This document shows positions 1-9,437 of a stretch of DNA of 64,000 bases, in pieces. How positions within the stretch are numbered: position 1 is the first letter of the stretch; every line of letters starts with the position of its first letter. The stretch is from Candidatus Latescibacterota bacterium (GTDB taxonomy: Bacteria > Latescibacterota > UBA2968 > GCA-2709665). The notes below the pieces were generated by a model. It ran no database searches. It was not told where the DNA came from and worked only from the letters and a program-made list of their open reading frames with translations. A program made the position numbers and the translations under genes. The stretch covers positions 416,001 through 480,000 of the forward strand of contig CAXXXF010000003.1 of NCBI GenBank assembly GCA_963667175.2, in the 5' to 3' direction.

Positions 1-2
1 GC

Positions 3-590
3 GTCATCTTCGACCTGTCTGAAGTTTTCATCGCGGGGCTCCCCGGGATCGAGAAGCGTATCTCGAGCAAACTCTCGATTCCCGAAGACGGCCTTCTGGG
101 TTGCTTTGGCGGAGACCCGCTGATTCAGGTTCTGAAAGGACGGATTTCCGAGGATGCCTACCTTAGCGGAATTCTGAAACGAACGGGCTGGAACCTGGAA
201 CTGGCGTCGCTGAAGCGAACGTTAAGGGACAACTTTCATGTCCGGATTGCGGGTTCCCTCGACATCCTGCGCGAGGTGGCGAGGACCCATCCCGTCGCCT
301 TGCTGTCTGACCACGTACGTGAGTGGGTTCGCTACATCGAGTCGATTCATTCGTTTCTGGATCTATTCGACGAAAGGTTCTATTCCTGCGATCTGGACAA
401 GACCAAGTCCGATCCAACGGTCTTTCCCGAAATTCTCTGTACGTTGGGTTACGAGCCGCGGGAGTGTCTTTTTGTCGACGATCGAATCCAGAACGTGAGA
501 AACGCGGAGTCGGTCGGCCTGCCGTCCATCCACTTTCGCGACGCCGTGCAATTGCGCGCCGATCTTGAAAGCAGGCAGATCCTGTCCTGA
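3..590 (+). CDS. HAD-family hydrolase/phosphatase (5' end outside window)
   Basis: Frame is open from position 3: VIFDLSEVF (HAD motif I) ... K..P..F ... LFVDDRIQNV..A..VG (motif IV). The ORF track shows only the C-terminal part (276-590). Confidence 0.85.
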   Translation, partial: VIFDLSEVFIAGLPGIEKRISSKLSIPEDGLLGCFGGDPLIQVLKGRISEDAYLSGILKRTGWNLELASLKRTLRDNFHVRIAGSLDILREVARTHPVALLSDHVREWVRYIESIHSFLDLFDERFYSCDLDKTKSDPTVFPEILCTLGYEPRECLFVDDRIQNVRNAESVGLPSIHFRDAVQLRADLESRQILS

Positions 591-713
591 CGTCGCGAAA
601 GATATACGTGGGCGCAACAACTGTCAGGGACGACGCGAATCGGCTGGTACCGGCTCCCGGCGGGTTTCCCGCAACCCGATTTACTTCATCCTCCATATCG
701 CAAAGGCAACGCG

Positions 714-1601
714 TTGATTGACATATTCACCCACGACAGCGCCGACGATCTGATCTCCCAAACCGCCGCGTACCTGGAAATGCGCGAGAGTGAGCACTGC
801 CTGCCGCTGGGCCTGATGTACGGGTTTGCCAGGGGGCCGCGGCACAACGTCAACGTTCCACCGCTGTTGGTCAGTATCGCGGACCGGGGGCGGGCAATTG
901 GCGCGGCGATCATGATGCAGGGAAGAAAGCTCGTCCTGAGCAGAATCGATGCGGATATCGAGGATGCGGTAGACCGTCTGATTGGCCATTTACGCACAAG
1001 CGAAGTCTCCATACCCGGTGTTGTCGGTCCGGCGGCGGAAGCTCGCGCCTTTTCCGACGGCTGGGTCGGGAACGTGCACGGCATATCTTCCAGCCTCGCC
1101 ATGAGTATGCGGGTGTTCGAAATCAGAGAGGTCGCGGAGGCGCCTCTTGCCGAGGGGGAACTGCGGCTTGCCGGGATGGACGATCACGCCGTTATGGCGC
1201 GGTGGATTGCCGGATTCTCCGAGGAAATCGGTGAAACGGCGGACTTAGAGGCGGCCGCTCGCGGCGCCGCGCGTTATATCCAGGCTGAACAACTGTACAT
1301 CTGGGATCGCGAGGGGCCGGTTTCGATGGCCAAGACCTCTCATTCGACCAGAAACGGCATCAACATCAATGGGGTGTACACGCCTGCCGGGTATCGTTTT
1401 AAGGGATACGCGACTTCCTGCGTCTGGACGCTGACGAAGAAACTGCTCTCGGATCGCTATTCGTTCTGCAGTCTGTTTACAGATCTCTTGAATCCCACCT
1501 CCAACAGCATCTACACCAAAATCGGCTACAGGCCGGTGGGCGACGCGATGGCGTATGACTTTACGCGTTCCGATTCCGGAGAGCCCGAATCGTCCGCTTG
1601 A
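714..1601 (+). CDS. GNAT-family N-acetyltransferase (two-domain, C-terminal GNAT)
   Basis: C-terminal INGVYTP..YRFKGYA and LFTDLLNPTSNSIYTKIGY motifs. Confidence 0.85.
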   Translation: MIDIFTHDSADDLISQTAAYLEMRESEHCLPLGLMYGFARGPRHNVNVPPLLVSIADRGRAIGAAIMMQGRKLVLSRIDADIEDAVDRLIGHLRTSEVSIPGVVGPAAEARAFSDGWVGNVHGISSSLAMSMRVFEIREVAEAPLAEGELRLAGMDDHAVMARWIAGFSEEIGETADLEAAARGAARYIQAEQLYIWDREGPVSMAKTSHSTRNGININGVYTPAGYRFKGYATSCVWTLTKKLLSDRYSFCSLFTDLLNPTSNSIYTKIGYRPVGDAMAYDFTRSDSGEPESSA

Positions 1602-1673
1602 AGCGTCGATGCCGTGCGTAACCGACTTGCGCGAAACAAATTACAGACACGATTCGAGAAAATGGAGTCCGGT

Positions 1674-2828
1674 ATGACGTTCGATCTGCTCATCAGCGGA
1701 GGGACGCTGGTCGATCCGGCAGTGGGCCTGAGCGCTGTGCGGGAGGTGGGTTTCTCGGCGGGGAGGGTTGCCGCCGTCGGGGAGCGCCTCGACCGGGGCG
1801 GGGCCCGGCAGGTGATCGACGCCACGGGTTGCGTGGTGACGCCCGGGCTGATCGATCTTCACGTACACGTGTTTCCCGGCGTCAGTCATTATGGCATCGA
1901 ACCCGATCCCACGTGTCTCGCCCGTGGCGCCACGACCGTGGTCGACGCGGGGTCCGCGGGCGCCGATACCTTCCCGGGTTTCAGGAAATACGTGATCGAC
2001 GTGAGCGAGACGCGGATTCTGGCGCAGATGAACATTTCGTCGCAGGGGATGCTGACCGAAGAGATCGGAGAGTTCGAGATTCCCGAATACGCGGACGTGG
2101 ACAAGGCCTGCCGGATGATCGAGCGGCACCGCGACGTCGTTCTCGGCGTGAAGGTGCGGCTAACCCGGCATACAATCGTCAGCGAGCGATCCGGAATGCT
2201 CCCTCTCTACCGGGCGAGGGAGGCGGCAGACGCGGCGGGATTGCCCATCATGGTGCATCCGCAGGACGCGTGGTGCGATTCGATCGACGACATTCTGAGG
2301 GTGATGAAGGGCGGAGACGTAATGACCCATTGTTATCACGACTTCCCGTGCGGGATTCTGGATGGTGAGGGTCGTGTCCGCGATTCGGTTCAGGAAGCGA
2401 TTGAACGGGGCATCGTGTTCGACGTGGGGCACGGCGCGGGGTCCTTTTCATGGGAAGTCGTCGAAAAGGCGTTGTCACAGGACGTCCTGCCAACCACGAT
2501 TTCATCGGACCTGCACGTCTACAATGTGAACGGTCCCGTCTACGATCTCGCTTCCGTGGTGACGAAATTCCTGCATCTGGGTCTGCCGTTGGAAGATGCG
2601 ATCTCCCGCGTGACGTCCGTGCCGGCCGGGATCGTCGGAATGGAGGGCGAGGTGGGCACGCTGACGAAAGGGGCGTTCGGCGACGCGGTCGTGTTCGAAC
2701 TGCGAGAAGGGGATTTCAGTCTGGAGGACTCGAGAGGCAACGTCCGGACGGGCCGTCGGAACCTGGTACCGGTGACGGTCGTCAAGGGCGGTCGGGTCTA
2801 TACGTCCCGCCGCAAACGTGGTAAGTGA
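1674..2828 (+). CDS. Amidohydrolase/deacetylase-family metallohydrolase (dihydroorotase-like)
   Basis: PGLIDLHVH, GATTVVDAGSAG, DVGHG, TISSDLH motifs; GGAG RBS before ATG 1674. Confidence 0.9.
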   Translation: MTFDLLISGGTLVDPAVGLSAVREVGFSAGRVAAVGERLDRGGARQVIDATGCVVTPGLIDLHVHVFPGVSHYGIEPDPTCLARGATTVVDAGSAGADTFPGFRKYVIDVSETRILAQMNISSQGMLTEEIGEFEIPEYADVDKACRMIERHRDVVLGVKVRLTRHTIVSERSGMLPLYRAREAADAAGLPIMVHPQDAWCDSIDDILRVMKGGDVMTHCYHDFPCGILDGEGRVRDSVQEAIERGIVFDVGHGAGSFSWEVVEKALSQDVLPTTISSDLHVYNVNGPVYDLASVVTKFLHLGLPLEDAISRVTSVPAGIVGMEGEVGTLTKGAFGDAVVFELREGDFSLEDSRGNVRTGRRNLVPVTVVKGGRVYTSRRKRGK

Positions 2829-2880
2829 CGTGAGATAGGGAGATGTAGATGTCGTCGCCTATCCATCCCTTACTTGACAC

Positions 2881-3170
2881 CACACCTGTCCAAAATCGGT
2901 TTCAGTCTTGGACAGCATCTGGTTCACTTCCGCGAAGCAATCCCTCGACCAAGATTGCCTGAGATTCACAAAGTGCTTATTTCACGGGCTTATTGAGACG
3001 GAAACAGCACAATTATGGCCGCTGGAAACGTCACCTTGTTCTTGGACAGCATTGCGCAGACGATGGCAAACCTGGTTTTCATTATCCGGGTCAAACCCGT
3101 CCAAAATCGCCTATTGTAGCCATTTTTCGAACCTTATCTCTGGGAATCCGACGGTTCTTGGACAGCAGTG
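2881..3170. mobile_element. 290-bp MITE / non-autonomous IS derivative with 9-bp target-site duplication
   Basis: Imperfect terminal IRs CACACCTGTCCAAAATCG / CACTGCTGTCCAAGAACCG (reverse complement), flanked by exact direct repeat ACTTGACAC at 2872-2880 and 3171-3179; no transposase ORF. Confidence 0.8.
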
Positions 3171-3235
3171 ACTTGACACCTAAACGATCCCCATCCTTCG
3201 GACAAATTCGCCCAACAGACAAACTGGAGCAACCA

Positions 3236-3268
3236 GTGAAGCCAAGGGTCTACGTAGAAACGTCGTCG
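3236..3268 (+). pseudogene. N-terminal stub of a PIN/VapC-like toxin gene
   Basis: GGAG + GTG start gives MKPRVYVETS, resembling the N-terminus of PIN-domain toxins (MKxxVYIETS); similarity stops after about 10 codons. Confidence 0.4.
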
Positions 3269-3353
3269 TCCCCCTCGAATCCCGCGCAATATAGGAGTCT
3301 CGCTACGCGGAGACCAACTTTTCTATTTTTGTACCGACGGGAGAGGCGTATCG

Positions 3354-3698
3354 ATGAACATCAAAAGATACCCGGGAAAGGCCGTGGGGCGCAGCGAATC
3401 CGTCGAACACAACGGCATCGTGTATACGGCCGTCATCGCGCCGGACCTGACAGCGGACTTCGGGGAGCAGACCCGGCAGGCGCTTGCGCAGTTGGACGCG
3501 AATCTCACTGAGGCAGGGACCGACAGAACGCGACTCCTTTCCGCCACGGTCTACATCACGGACATGTCTAAAAAGCCGATCCTCAACGAGGTCTGGGACG
3601 CGTGGATCGGGCCGGACAACTGGCCCCAGCGCGCCTGCGTCGAGGTCGGATTGGAGGGAAATACGCTGGTGGAGATCGTCGCGGTCGCCGCGAAATAG
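3354..3698 (+). CDS. RidA/YjgF (Rid) family protein
   Basis: QTRQALAQLDANL..AG, NEVWDAW, PQRACV, LVEI motifs. Confidence 0.9.
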   Translation: MNIKRYPGKAVGRSESVEHNGIVYTAVIAPDLTADFGEQTRQALAQLDANLTEAGTDRTRLLSATVYITDMSKKPILNEVWDAWIGPDNWPQRACVEVGLEGNTLVEIVAVAAK

Positions 3699-3721
3699 GC
3701 CGAGCAATCGGAGCAGGAAGG

Positions 3722-4546
3722 ATGCGTGAAAGCAAGGTCATTGAAAAGACAAAGACGCCCGCAACGGTGGATTCTCTGCATTCGGATCTCCACTCGCTTG
3801 GTGTAGAACCCGGGTCTGTCGTGCTGGTTCACTCGTCTCTGAGCACGATGGGATGGGTGTGCGGAGGGGCCGTGGCAGTCATTCTTGCCCTCCAAAAGTC
3901 GCTGGGGTCCGACGGAACGCTCGTGATGCCCGCACACTCTCCCGGGCTCAGCGAGCCGGGCAAGTGGGAAAACCCTCCCGTACCCGAGTCCTGGTGGCCG
4001 GTGATACGCACAAACATGCCGGCGTACGATCCCGCGCTTACGCCGACCAGCAATATGGGCGTAATCGCAGAGACCTTCCGAATGCAGCGCGGCGTTCTCC
4101 GCAGTTCGCATCCGCAGGTCTCGTTCTGCGCTTGTGGGCCTCGAGCGTCGCATATCATAGACGACCATTCACTGGCGTTTGGCCTGGGCGAGGATTCGCC
4201 GCTTGCGAGAATCTACGATCTGAACGGTCTTGTCCTGCTTCTCGGTGCGAGTCATGGATCCAATACCTCCATGCACCTCTCGGAATACCGGGCGGATTTT
4301 CCAACCCGGCGTATTGTGCAGGAGGGCGCTCCCATTACCGTTTCCGGCTCGAGGCAATGGACGACTTTCGAAGAGATTGAGCCGGACAGTTCCGATTTCG
4401 AACGAATCGGAAAGGATTTTCTCCGGTCCGACGTGGGGGACGCCGTCAATCAGGGCAGGGTCGGTCTGGCTGACTGCCAACTCATGTCCCAACGCGACGT
4501 CGTGGATTTCGCGGTCGGCTGGATGGAGGAGAATAGAGGGAAATGA
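3722..4546 (+). CDS. AAC(3)/YokD-family aminoglycoside N3-acetyltransferase
   Basis: VLVHSSLS..GWVCGG, GTLVMPA, MGVIAETFR, RSSHPQVSF, NTSMHLSEYRA. Confidence 0.9.
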   Translation: MRESKVIEKTKTPATVDSLHSDLHSLGVEPGSVVLVHSSLSTMGWVCGGAVAVILALQKSLGSDGTLVMPAHSPGLSEPGKWENPPVPESWWPVIRTNMPAYDPALTPTSNMGVIAETFRMQRGVLRSSHPQVSFCACGPRASHIIDDHSLAFGLGEDSPLARIYDLNGLVLLLGASHGSNTSMHLSEYRADFPTRRIVQEGAPITVSGSRQWTTFEEIEPDSSDFERIGKDFLRSDVGDAVNQGRVGLADCQLMSQRDVVDFAVGWMEENRGK

Positions 4547-4737
4547 ATGAAATCGAACGAAAAGTGGGCCGCGAGATTCTGGAAGGGATACGAGAACTCA
4601 AGCGAGGCGAGCATGGCCGGGTGATCGATGTGCCGGATGTCATTGGGATACCGAAAAAGGCCGGAGGAACGGATCGCACGTCGAATCGCCGGACGCCCGA
4701 CGGGCCGTCGCTCGAAGAGATGCGCTTGAGGCGATAA
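4543..4737 (+). pseudogene. Degenerate XRE/HTH antitoxin-like gene (internal deletion of the HTH)
   Basis: N-terminus ERKVGREILEGIRELKRGEHGRVIDVPDV and late RRTPDGP resemble small HTH antitoxins, but the intervening HTH core is missing. Confidence 0.55.
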
Positions 4738-4890
4738 CGGGACAGCGCTTGCCGCTGTGTCTTCCTTATGTTTCCGGGCAACCCTCGCAGGGGGATCCGC
4801 TGAAGGTTGCCCGGGTGTATCTGGCGTGTCGATGGCAGGATTGGCTAAGTGAAAATTGGGGGATGCGGCGCCCGTAGGTCGAATGTTCGC

Positions 4891-5694
4891 TTATTTGATG
4901 ACCACCAGCACGGCTTCGCCCTTGAGGAGATCGTTGACCAGGGTGACGTGGGTGCCTTCAGCGCTCAGGCTGACCGTATAATCCTTGTCTTTTTTCAGCT
5001 TGCCGGAACGGCCGATCAGCTCCTTCAGTTTCTTTCCGCGTTCCAGGGTCAGGCGCTCGCCGATAGCGAAATACTTGACCTTCATATCCTTGTGTCCGGG
5101 TTTCTGTACCAGTTTGTACCCTTTGCGGAAGAATCTTCGGCCTGTCTCCAGGAATCCATCCGCCTTCAGACCATCCTCCGTGCCCACCACCACGCGCACC
5201 GCGTTTTTGGCCAGATCAAGTTCCGCTTCCGTCCTTTCGATATTCTGTTGGGCCGTATCCAGATCCTTTGACAACTTCATCGCAACGTCTCTCTGGTCGC
5301 GCAGCGCGACGGTGAGGCTGTCCGATTCGGTAATCAGACGGTCGATTTTCGCTGCGTCGGCCACCTTCTGCTCCTCCAGTTCGGCGATCGCTGCCTGCAA
5401 CTCTTCGTTCTTGCGCCGGCGCTGCTCGGCAATGGCGCGATATTTCTTGACTTCCTTCTGGAGTTGTTGGTTTTTCTCCTGCAGGAGCATCTCGAACTTG
5501 GTGAGGCTGTCGAGTTGCGTCTTCAGGGTGACGAGTTCGGTCTGAGCGCTTCCCACCTCGGTTTGAAGCGAGTCGATGCTGGCTTCCTTCTGCGCAATGA
5601 CCCGTTGCTGTCTTTCCACTTCGCTTTCTCCGCAGGCACTGAGGCCGACGCAGACGAGCAGGGCGAGGGAAAGATACGAAAAAATCCGGTTCAT
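4891..5694 (-). CDS. Coiled-coil lipoprotein of unknown function
   Basis: Signal peptide with lipobox LSAC, followed by a long heptad-rich helical segment and a small C-terminal domain; GGGAG RBS. Confidence 0.75.
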   Translation of the reverse strand: MNRIFSYLSLALLVCVGLSACGESEVERQQRVIAQKEASIDSLQTEVGSAQTELVTLKTQLDSLTKFEMLLQEKNQQLQKEVKKYRAIAEQRRRKNEELQAAIAELEEQKVADAAKIDRLITESDSLTVALRDQRDVAMKLSKDLDTAQQNIERTEAELDLAKNAVRVVVGTEDGLKADGFLETGRRFFRKGYKLVQKPGHKDMKVKYFAIGERLTLERGKKLKELIGRSGKLKKDKDYTVSLSAEGTHVTLVNDLLKGEAVLVVIK

Positions 5695-6153
5695 CTGATC
5701 ATCTCCCTTTTTGGGGGTTTACGTTAAGGTCCCCGACAGGTCGCGCCAGGAACCGTTTTTCTTTGTGGCGGTCTGCGTATTGCCTGTGTATTTTTGATCG
5801 TTGGCGCTGCCTGAACAGCGCTGCCGGAAAATTGCGCTGAATGCATATGTTTCGCCCGGCGTTTGGCGATGCGCTCAGCCTGACCGTTGTGTGCGCTCGG
5901 CGACGCCCCGTTATCTTCCAGGCAGACAAGGGCCGAACGTCCCGGTTCGACTCGTTCCCCCTTATACATAATGAATTCCGCCGCTTTCTGCAAGGCAAAT
6001 ACCAACAAAAAGATTTGAATTGAGGTACACGCGGGCAACCGGAACCTCTGATCAAATCTGGATCAGATTTCGAACGCAGTCGAAGAGATTTGAGACGATT
6101 TCGAACGGGGCAGGCGCGTCGCAGTCGATCATGCTGAGGAAGCGGACGTGAGG

Positions 6154-6179
6154 GTGGGGCAGACATTCCTGTCTGCCTG
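6154..6179. repeat. REP-like palindrome GTGGGGCAGACATTCCTGTCTGCC
   Basis: GTGG tetranucleotide followed by a GGCAGACA/TGTCTGCC stem, intergenic upstream of dcd. Confidence 0.6.
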
Positions 6180-6210
6180 CATCAGTGCAGACACAACAAG
6201 GACCTGCATA

Positions 6211-6732
6211 ATGATATTATCGGGAAGAATGATCCACGAACAAATGGGAAAGGACATCATCATCGAGCCGTTCGATCAGGCCAGGCTCAATCCGAACAGC
6301 TACAATCTCTCGCTTGCCGATGAACTGTTGGTGTACGAGGATGGCGTTCTCGACATGAAAAAGAGGAACCGGACGCGGCCCATTGTGATTCCCGAGGACG
6401 GTTACGAGATGCGACCCCGTAAGCTCTATCTCGGCCGAACGGCGGAGTTCACGAAAACTGACAATTATGTTCCCATGCTCGAGGGACGCTCGTCCGTGGG
6501 TAGGCTCGGGCTGTTTGTGCACGTCACGGCGGGTTTCGGCGACGTGGGATTCGCCGGCTACTGGACGCTCGAGATGTTCTGCATACAGCCGGTCCGGATC
6601 TATCCGAACGTGGAAATCTGCCAGATCTACTATCATACGCTGGAGGGTGATTTCGAGACCTACAAGAGTGCGAAATACCAGAACAACCGGGGCATCCAGC
6701 CCAGCCGCATGTATCTCGATTTTATCGGATGA
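6211..6732 (+). CDS. dcd: dCTP deaminase
   Basis: LNPNSYNL, EGRSSVGRLGLFVHVTAGFGDVGFAGYWTLE, ICQIYY, KYQNNRGIQPS. Confidence 0.92.
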   Translation: MILSGRMIHEQMGKDIIIEPFDQARLNPNSYNLSLADELLVYEDGVLDMKKRNRTRPIVIPEDGYEMRPRKLYLGRTAEFTKTDNYVPMLEGRSSVGRLGLFVHVTAGFGDVGFAGYWTLEMFCIQPVRIYPNVEICQIYYHTLEGDFETYKSAKYQNNRGIQPSRMYLDFIG

Positions 6733-7334
6733 ATTCGACGCAAACTGGTGTTGTTATCGCACACTTCCGGCATCAGGCGGGCAGTGATTTGAATCGTCAC
6801 GAAGAAATGCAGATGTTCCTGGCGGGCAAGGCGCCCTTTCATGAGGCGGAAGATGTGTGGGGGGATGGGACCATTCCTCTGCGCACACGCTATTTCCGCT
6901 CCGATGAACAGCCGCCCGAGCAGTTCATAACTTCCGTTCGATGCCTCGTCGTTCAGGATGATTCCGTTCTGGTTGTCAGCAACCCCGAAGGCAGGCACAT
7001 TCTGCCCGGAGGTCGCCGCGAAGCGGGAGAAACCTTCGAACAGACACTGCGCCGCGAAGTCGCTGAGGAGGCCGGGTGGTCCGTTGAATCCATCTCGCGT
7101 CTGGGATTCATCCACCTGCAACATCTCGGGCCGAAGCCATCTGGATACATGTATCCGCATCCGCATTTCTTTCAGATTGTCTATACTGCCCGCGCCTCCA
7201 GGCATATGCCGTGCTTGATGCGAGACGACGACTACGAAGAGAAGGCGGCCTTTGTCCCGATACGTGAACTCGACGGGTTGGGTATCTCCGAAGCCGAGTC
7301 GGGATTTGTCCGGTTTGCGAGAGACAGGATTTGA
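6729..7334 (+). CDS. NUDIX hydrolase
   Basis: Nudix box LPGGRREAGETFEQTLRREVAEEAG; ATGA overlap with dcd. Confidence 0.85.
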   Translation: MNSTQTGVVIAHFRHQAGSDLNRHEEMQMFLAGKAPFHEAEDVWGDGTIPLRTRYFRSDEQPPEQFITSVRCLVVQDDSVLVVSNPEGRHILPGGRREAGETFEQTLRREVAEEAGWSVESISRLGFIHLQHLGPKPSGYMYPHPHFFQIVYTARASRHMPCLMRDDDYEEKAAFVPIRELDGLGISEAESGFVRFARDRI

Positions 7335-7774
7335 TCGTGTTCACAATCGGTGTGTTCGGCATCATTACCGATGACGAGGACCGCGTCCTGCTGTGCCACC
7401 GGCGCGACTTCGATCTTTGGAACCTGCCCGGCGGCGGCGTTGAGGAAGGCGAGAGTCCGTGGGATGCGCTCGTGCGGGAGATAGAGGAAGAGACGGGTCT
7501 GAAGGCGGCGCCCGTACATCTCAGCGGCGTTTACAGCAAACCGGGCCGGAACGAGGTTGTATTTTCATTCTACTGCCGGGTGACCGGAGGCGCGATCCGG
7601 CTCACGAATGAGGCGGATCGAATCGAATACTTCCCATTGGATCGTATCCCCGGGAACACCGTACCAAAACAGTTGGAACGCATCGAGGACTTCATTTCGG
7701 ATAGAAAGGGGACGCACTACAGGGTTCAGAGCGGTCCTTCCGCTATCGAATTGGTCAAGAAAGGAAAGTTGTAG
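7331..7774 (+). CDS. NUDIX hydrolase (MutT-like)
   Basis: Nudix box LPGGGVEEGESPWDALVREIEEETGL. Confidence 0.9.
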   Translation: MIVFTIGVFGIITDDEDRVLLCHRRDFDLWNLPGGGVEEGESPWDALVREIEEETGLKAAPVHLSGVYSKPGRNEVVFSFYCRVTGGAIRLTNEADRIEYFPLDRIPGNTVPKQLERIEDFISDRKGTHYRVQSGPSAIELVKKGKL

Positions 7775-7834
7775 GCGATACACCCGCCGCCCGACGTCGC
7801 GTCAATGCGGCGAGCCCGATCGGTTGAAAATGAC

Positions 7835-8443
7835 ATGTCAGACTTTTTTATCATCGGCGTTGCGATCGTCCTCAGAGAGAAGGATGGCCTTCTCTTCGAG
7901 CTCCAGAGATCCACGAAGTGGAAACGCGGTCGGGATGGGGTCCTGGAAATCGGATTGAGTTGCATCGGCGGCACGGTGGAGGAATGGGAAACCCTCGAAG
8001 GCGCGCTGCAGCGAGAAGCGATGGAGGAGATTGGGTGCCGGGTTGCGTTCGATCAATCGACCCATCCCTTTTCGATGGACCCCGCCGGAAACGTGTCGCC
8101 GCTTGCGCCGGCAAGCGTTCCGGATGGCGTACATTTTCTGTGGGAAGGAAACGACACGGGATATGTGCCCGGCGCGAAGGTGGCGGTGTATACGGGCAAT
8201 ACGGCCGGGCGCCCTGAACCGGGCGACCTCTCGGCCGTCGCAATGCTGAAGCCGGATCTGTTTCCTGTACTCGCCAGAGAATCCCTCACGGTCTCGGACC
8301 TCGAACAGCGGGGCGGCATCCTCCGGGAACGGACGCCGGTCCCGCGTTCGGCTCGGGTGAAGCCGGTGGGAACGGCAGCCCGGCTTCTGGGCCTGAGGCG
8401 ACGACGTCCTGATCTGTTGCAGCGCGTTTTGAGGGAAGTCTGA
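7835..8443 (+). CDS. NUDIX-domain protein
   Basis: IGGTVEEWETLEGALQREAMEEIG Nudix box. Confidence 0.75.
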   Translation: MSDFFIIGVAIVLREKDGLLFELQRSTKWKRGRDGVLEIGLSCIGGTVEEWETLEGALQREAMEEIGCRVAFDQSTHPFSMDPAGNVSPLAPASVPDGVHFLWEGNDTGYVPGAKVAVYTGNTAGRPEPGDLSAVAMLKPDLFPVLARESLTVSDLEQRGGILRERTPVPRSARVKPVGTAARLLGLRRRRPDLLQRVLREV

Positions 8444-8623
8444 TCCGGGGGTCGCCGGCGATTTGTTACTCGATTGGCGGACGAATCCGCGCGCGGGCCT
8501 GCCGGCCTGGCCAGCCGTCGCCGCATCGGCGCCGTGATAAATGCCGACAAGCGATTCGTAACCCGTTCCATGAATTGAATACTCCTGGTTAGACGACATC
8601 CAACATAGAAAGGAAATCATTTT

Positions 8624-9289
8624 ATGCAGTCCCATTTGACGTTTCTTCACACGACACCTGTGCTCATCGATACTTTCGATCGGCTAATCGATGAAACCGC
8701 ATTGGAATTACCCGTAAGACATATTGTGGAAGAGGGATTTTTGACGGAGGCGCGCGAAGAGGGTATCACTCAGGACCTGGATGACCGGATTGGCGGCCGC
8801 ATCCGCTCCGCGGTCGAAGAGGGCGCTGCCGTGGTTCTCTGCACGTGTTCTTCGATTGGCGGAAGCGCGGAAAGAGCGAACGACACCACGGATGGCGTGG
8901 TAATCCGGGTCGATCGCCCCATGGCCGAGAAGGCCGTGGAAATCGGCTCCCGAATCGTCATCGCCGCCGCACTCGAGAGCACGCTCGCGCCGACTCGCGA
9001 CCTCATCCTCGAAACCGCGGGCGCGCGTCAAAAGCGCGTCGAGCTCATCGAGGTGTTGTGTGACGAGGCCTGGAGCCGGCTGGAGGCGGGAGACCAGCAG
9101 GGATACTTGAGCGAAATCGCGGGCAAGATCAAGGAAAGCGCGTCTGAAGGAGACGTCATTGTGCTGGCGCAGGCATCGATGGCGGGGGCCGCGGACCTGT
9201 GCCCGGAAGTCTCGGTTCCTATCCTCAGCAGTCCCGGAATCGGCCTGCAGCGCGCAATCGAAATCTGGAATCAGAAGGCAGGGGATTGA
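8624..9289 (+). CDS. Asp/Glu/hydantoin racemase-superfamily protein
   Basis: FLHT, VLCTCSSIG, RVDRPMAE, DVIVLAQASMA, PILSSP motifs; AAGGA RBS. Confidence 0.8.
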   Translation: MQSHLTFLHTTPVLIDTFDRLIDETALELPVRHIVEEGFLTEAREEGITQDLDDRIGGRIRSAVEEGAAVVLCTCSSIGGSAERANDTTDGVVIRVDRPMAEKAVEIGSRIVIAAALESTLAPTRDLILETAGARQKRVELIEVLCDEAWSRLEAGDQQGYLSEIAGKIKESASEGDVIVLAQASMAGAADLCPEVSVPILSSPGIGLQRAIEIWNQKAGD

Positions 9290-9328
9290 AGTCGCAATCC
9301 ACTAACGCGCCGGACGTACCCGCGCCGT

Positions 9329-9416
9329 GTAGGGGCAACCCTTGTGGTTGCCCTCGACGTCGAGGTGGCGCATGGCCGTCGTTGAAAAGGCGGGTGCCCA
9401 CAAGGGACGCCCCTAC
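9329..9416. repeat. REPIN: inverted pair of GTAG-type REP elements
   Basis: GTAGGGGCAACCCTTGTGGTTGCCCT (9329-9354) and inverted partner GTAGGGGCGTCCCTTGTGGGCACCC (reverse complement of 9392-9416). Confidence 0.8.
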
Positions 9417-9437
9417 ATTTCAATCTCACGTGGACAA

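Noticed and set aside
2993-3511. 172-aa ORF spanning the MITE as a transposase
   Set aside because: No DDE or HUH motifs; it crosses the element boundary and overlaps ridA.
6211-6732. dcd as the anti-phage dCTP deaminase
   Set aside because: Motifs are those of the housekeeping trimeric Dcd/dUTPase fold, not the kinase plus zinc-deaminase defence enzyme.
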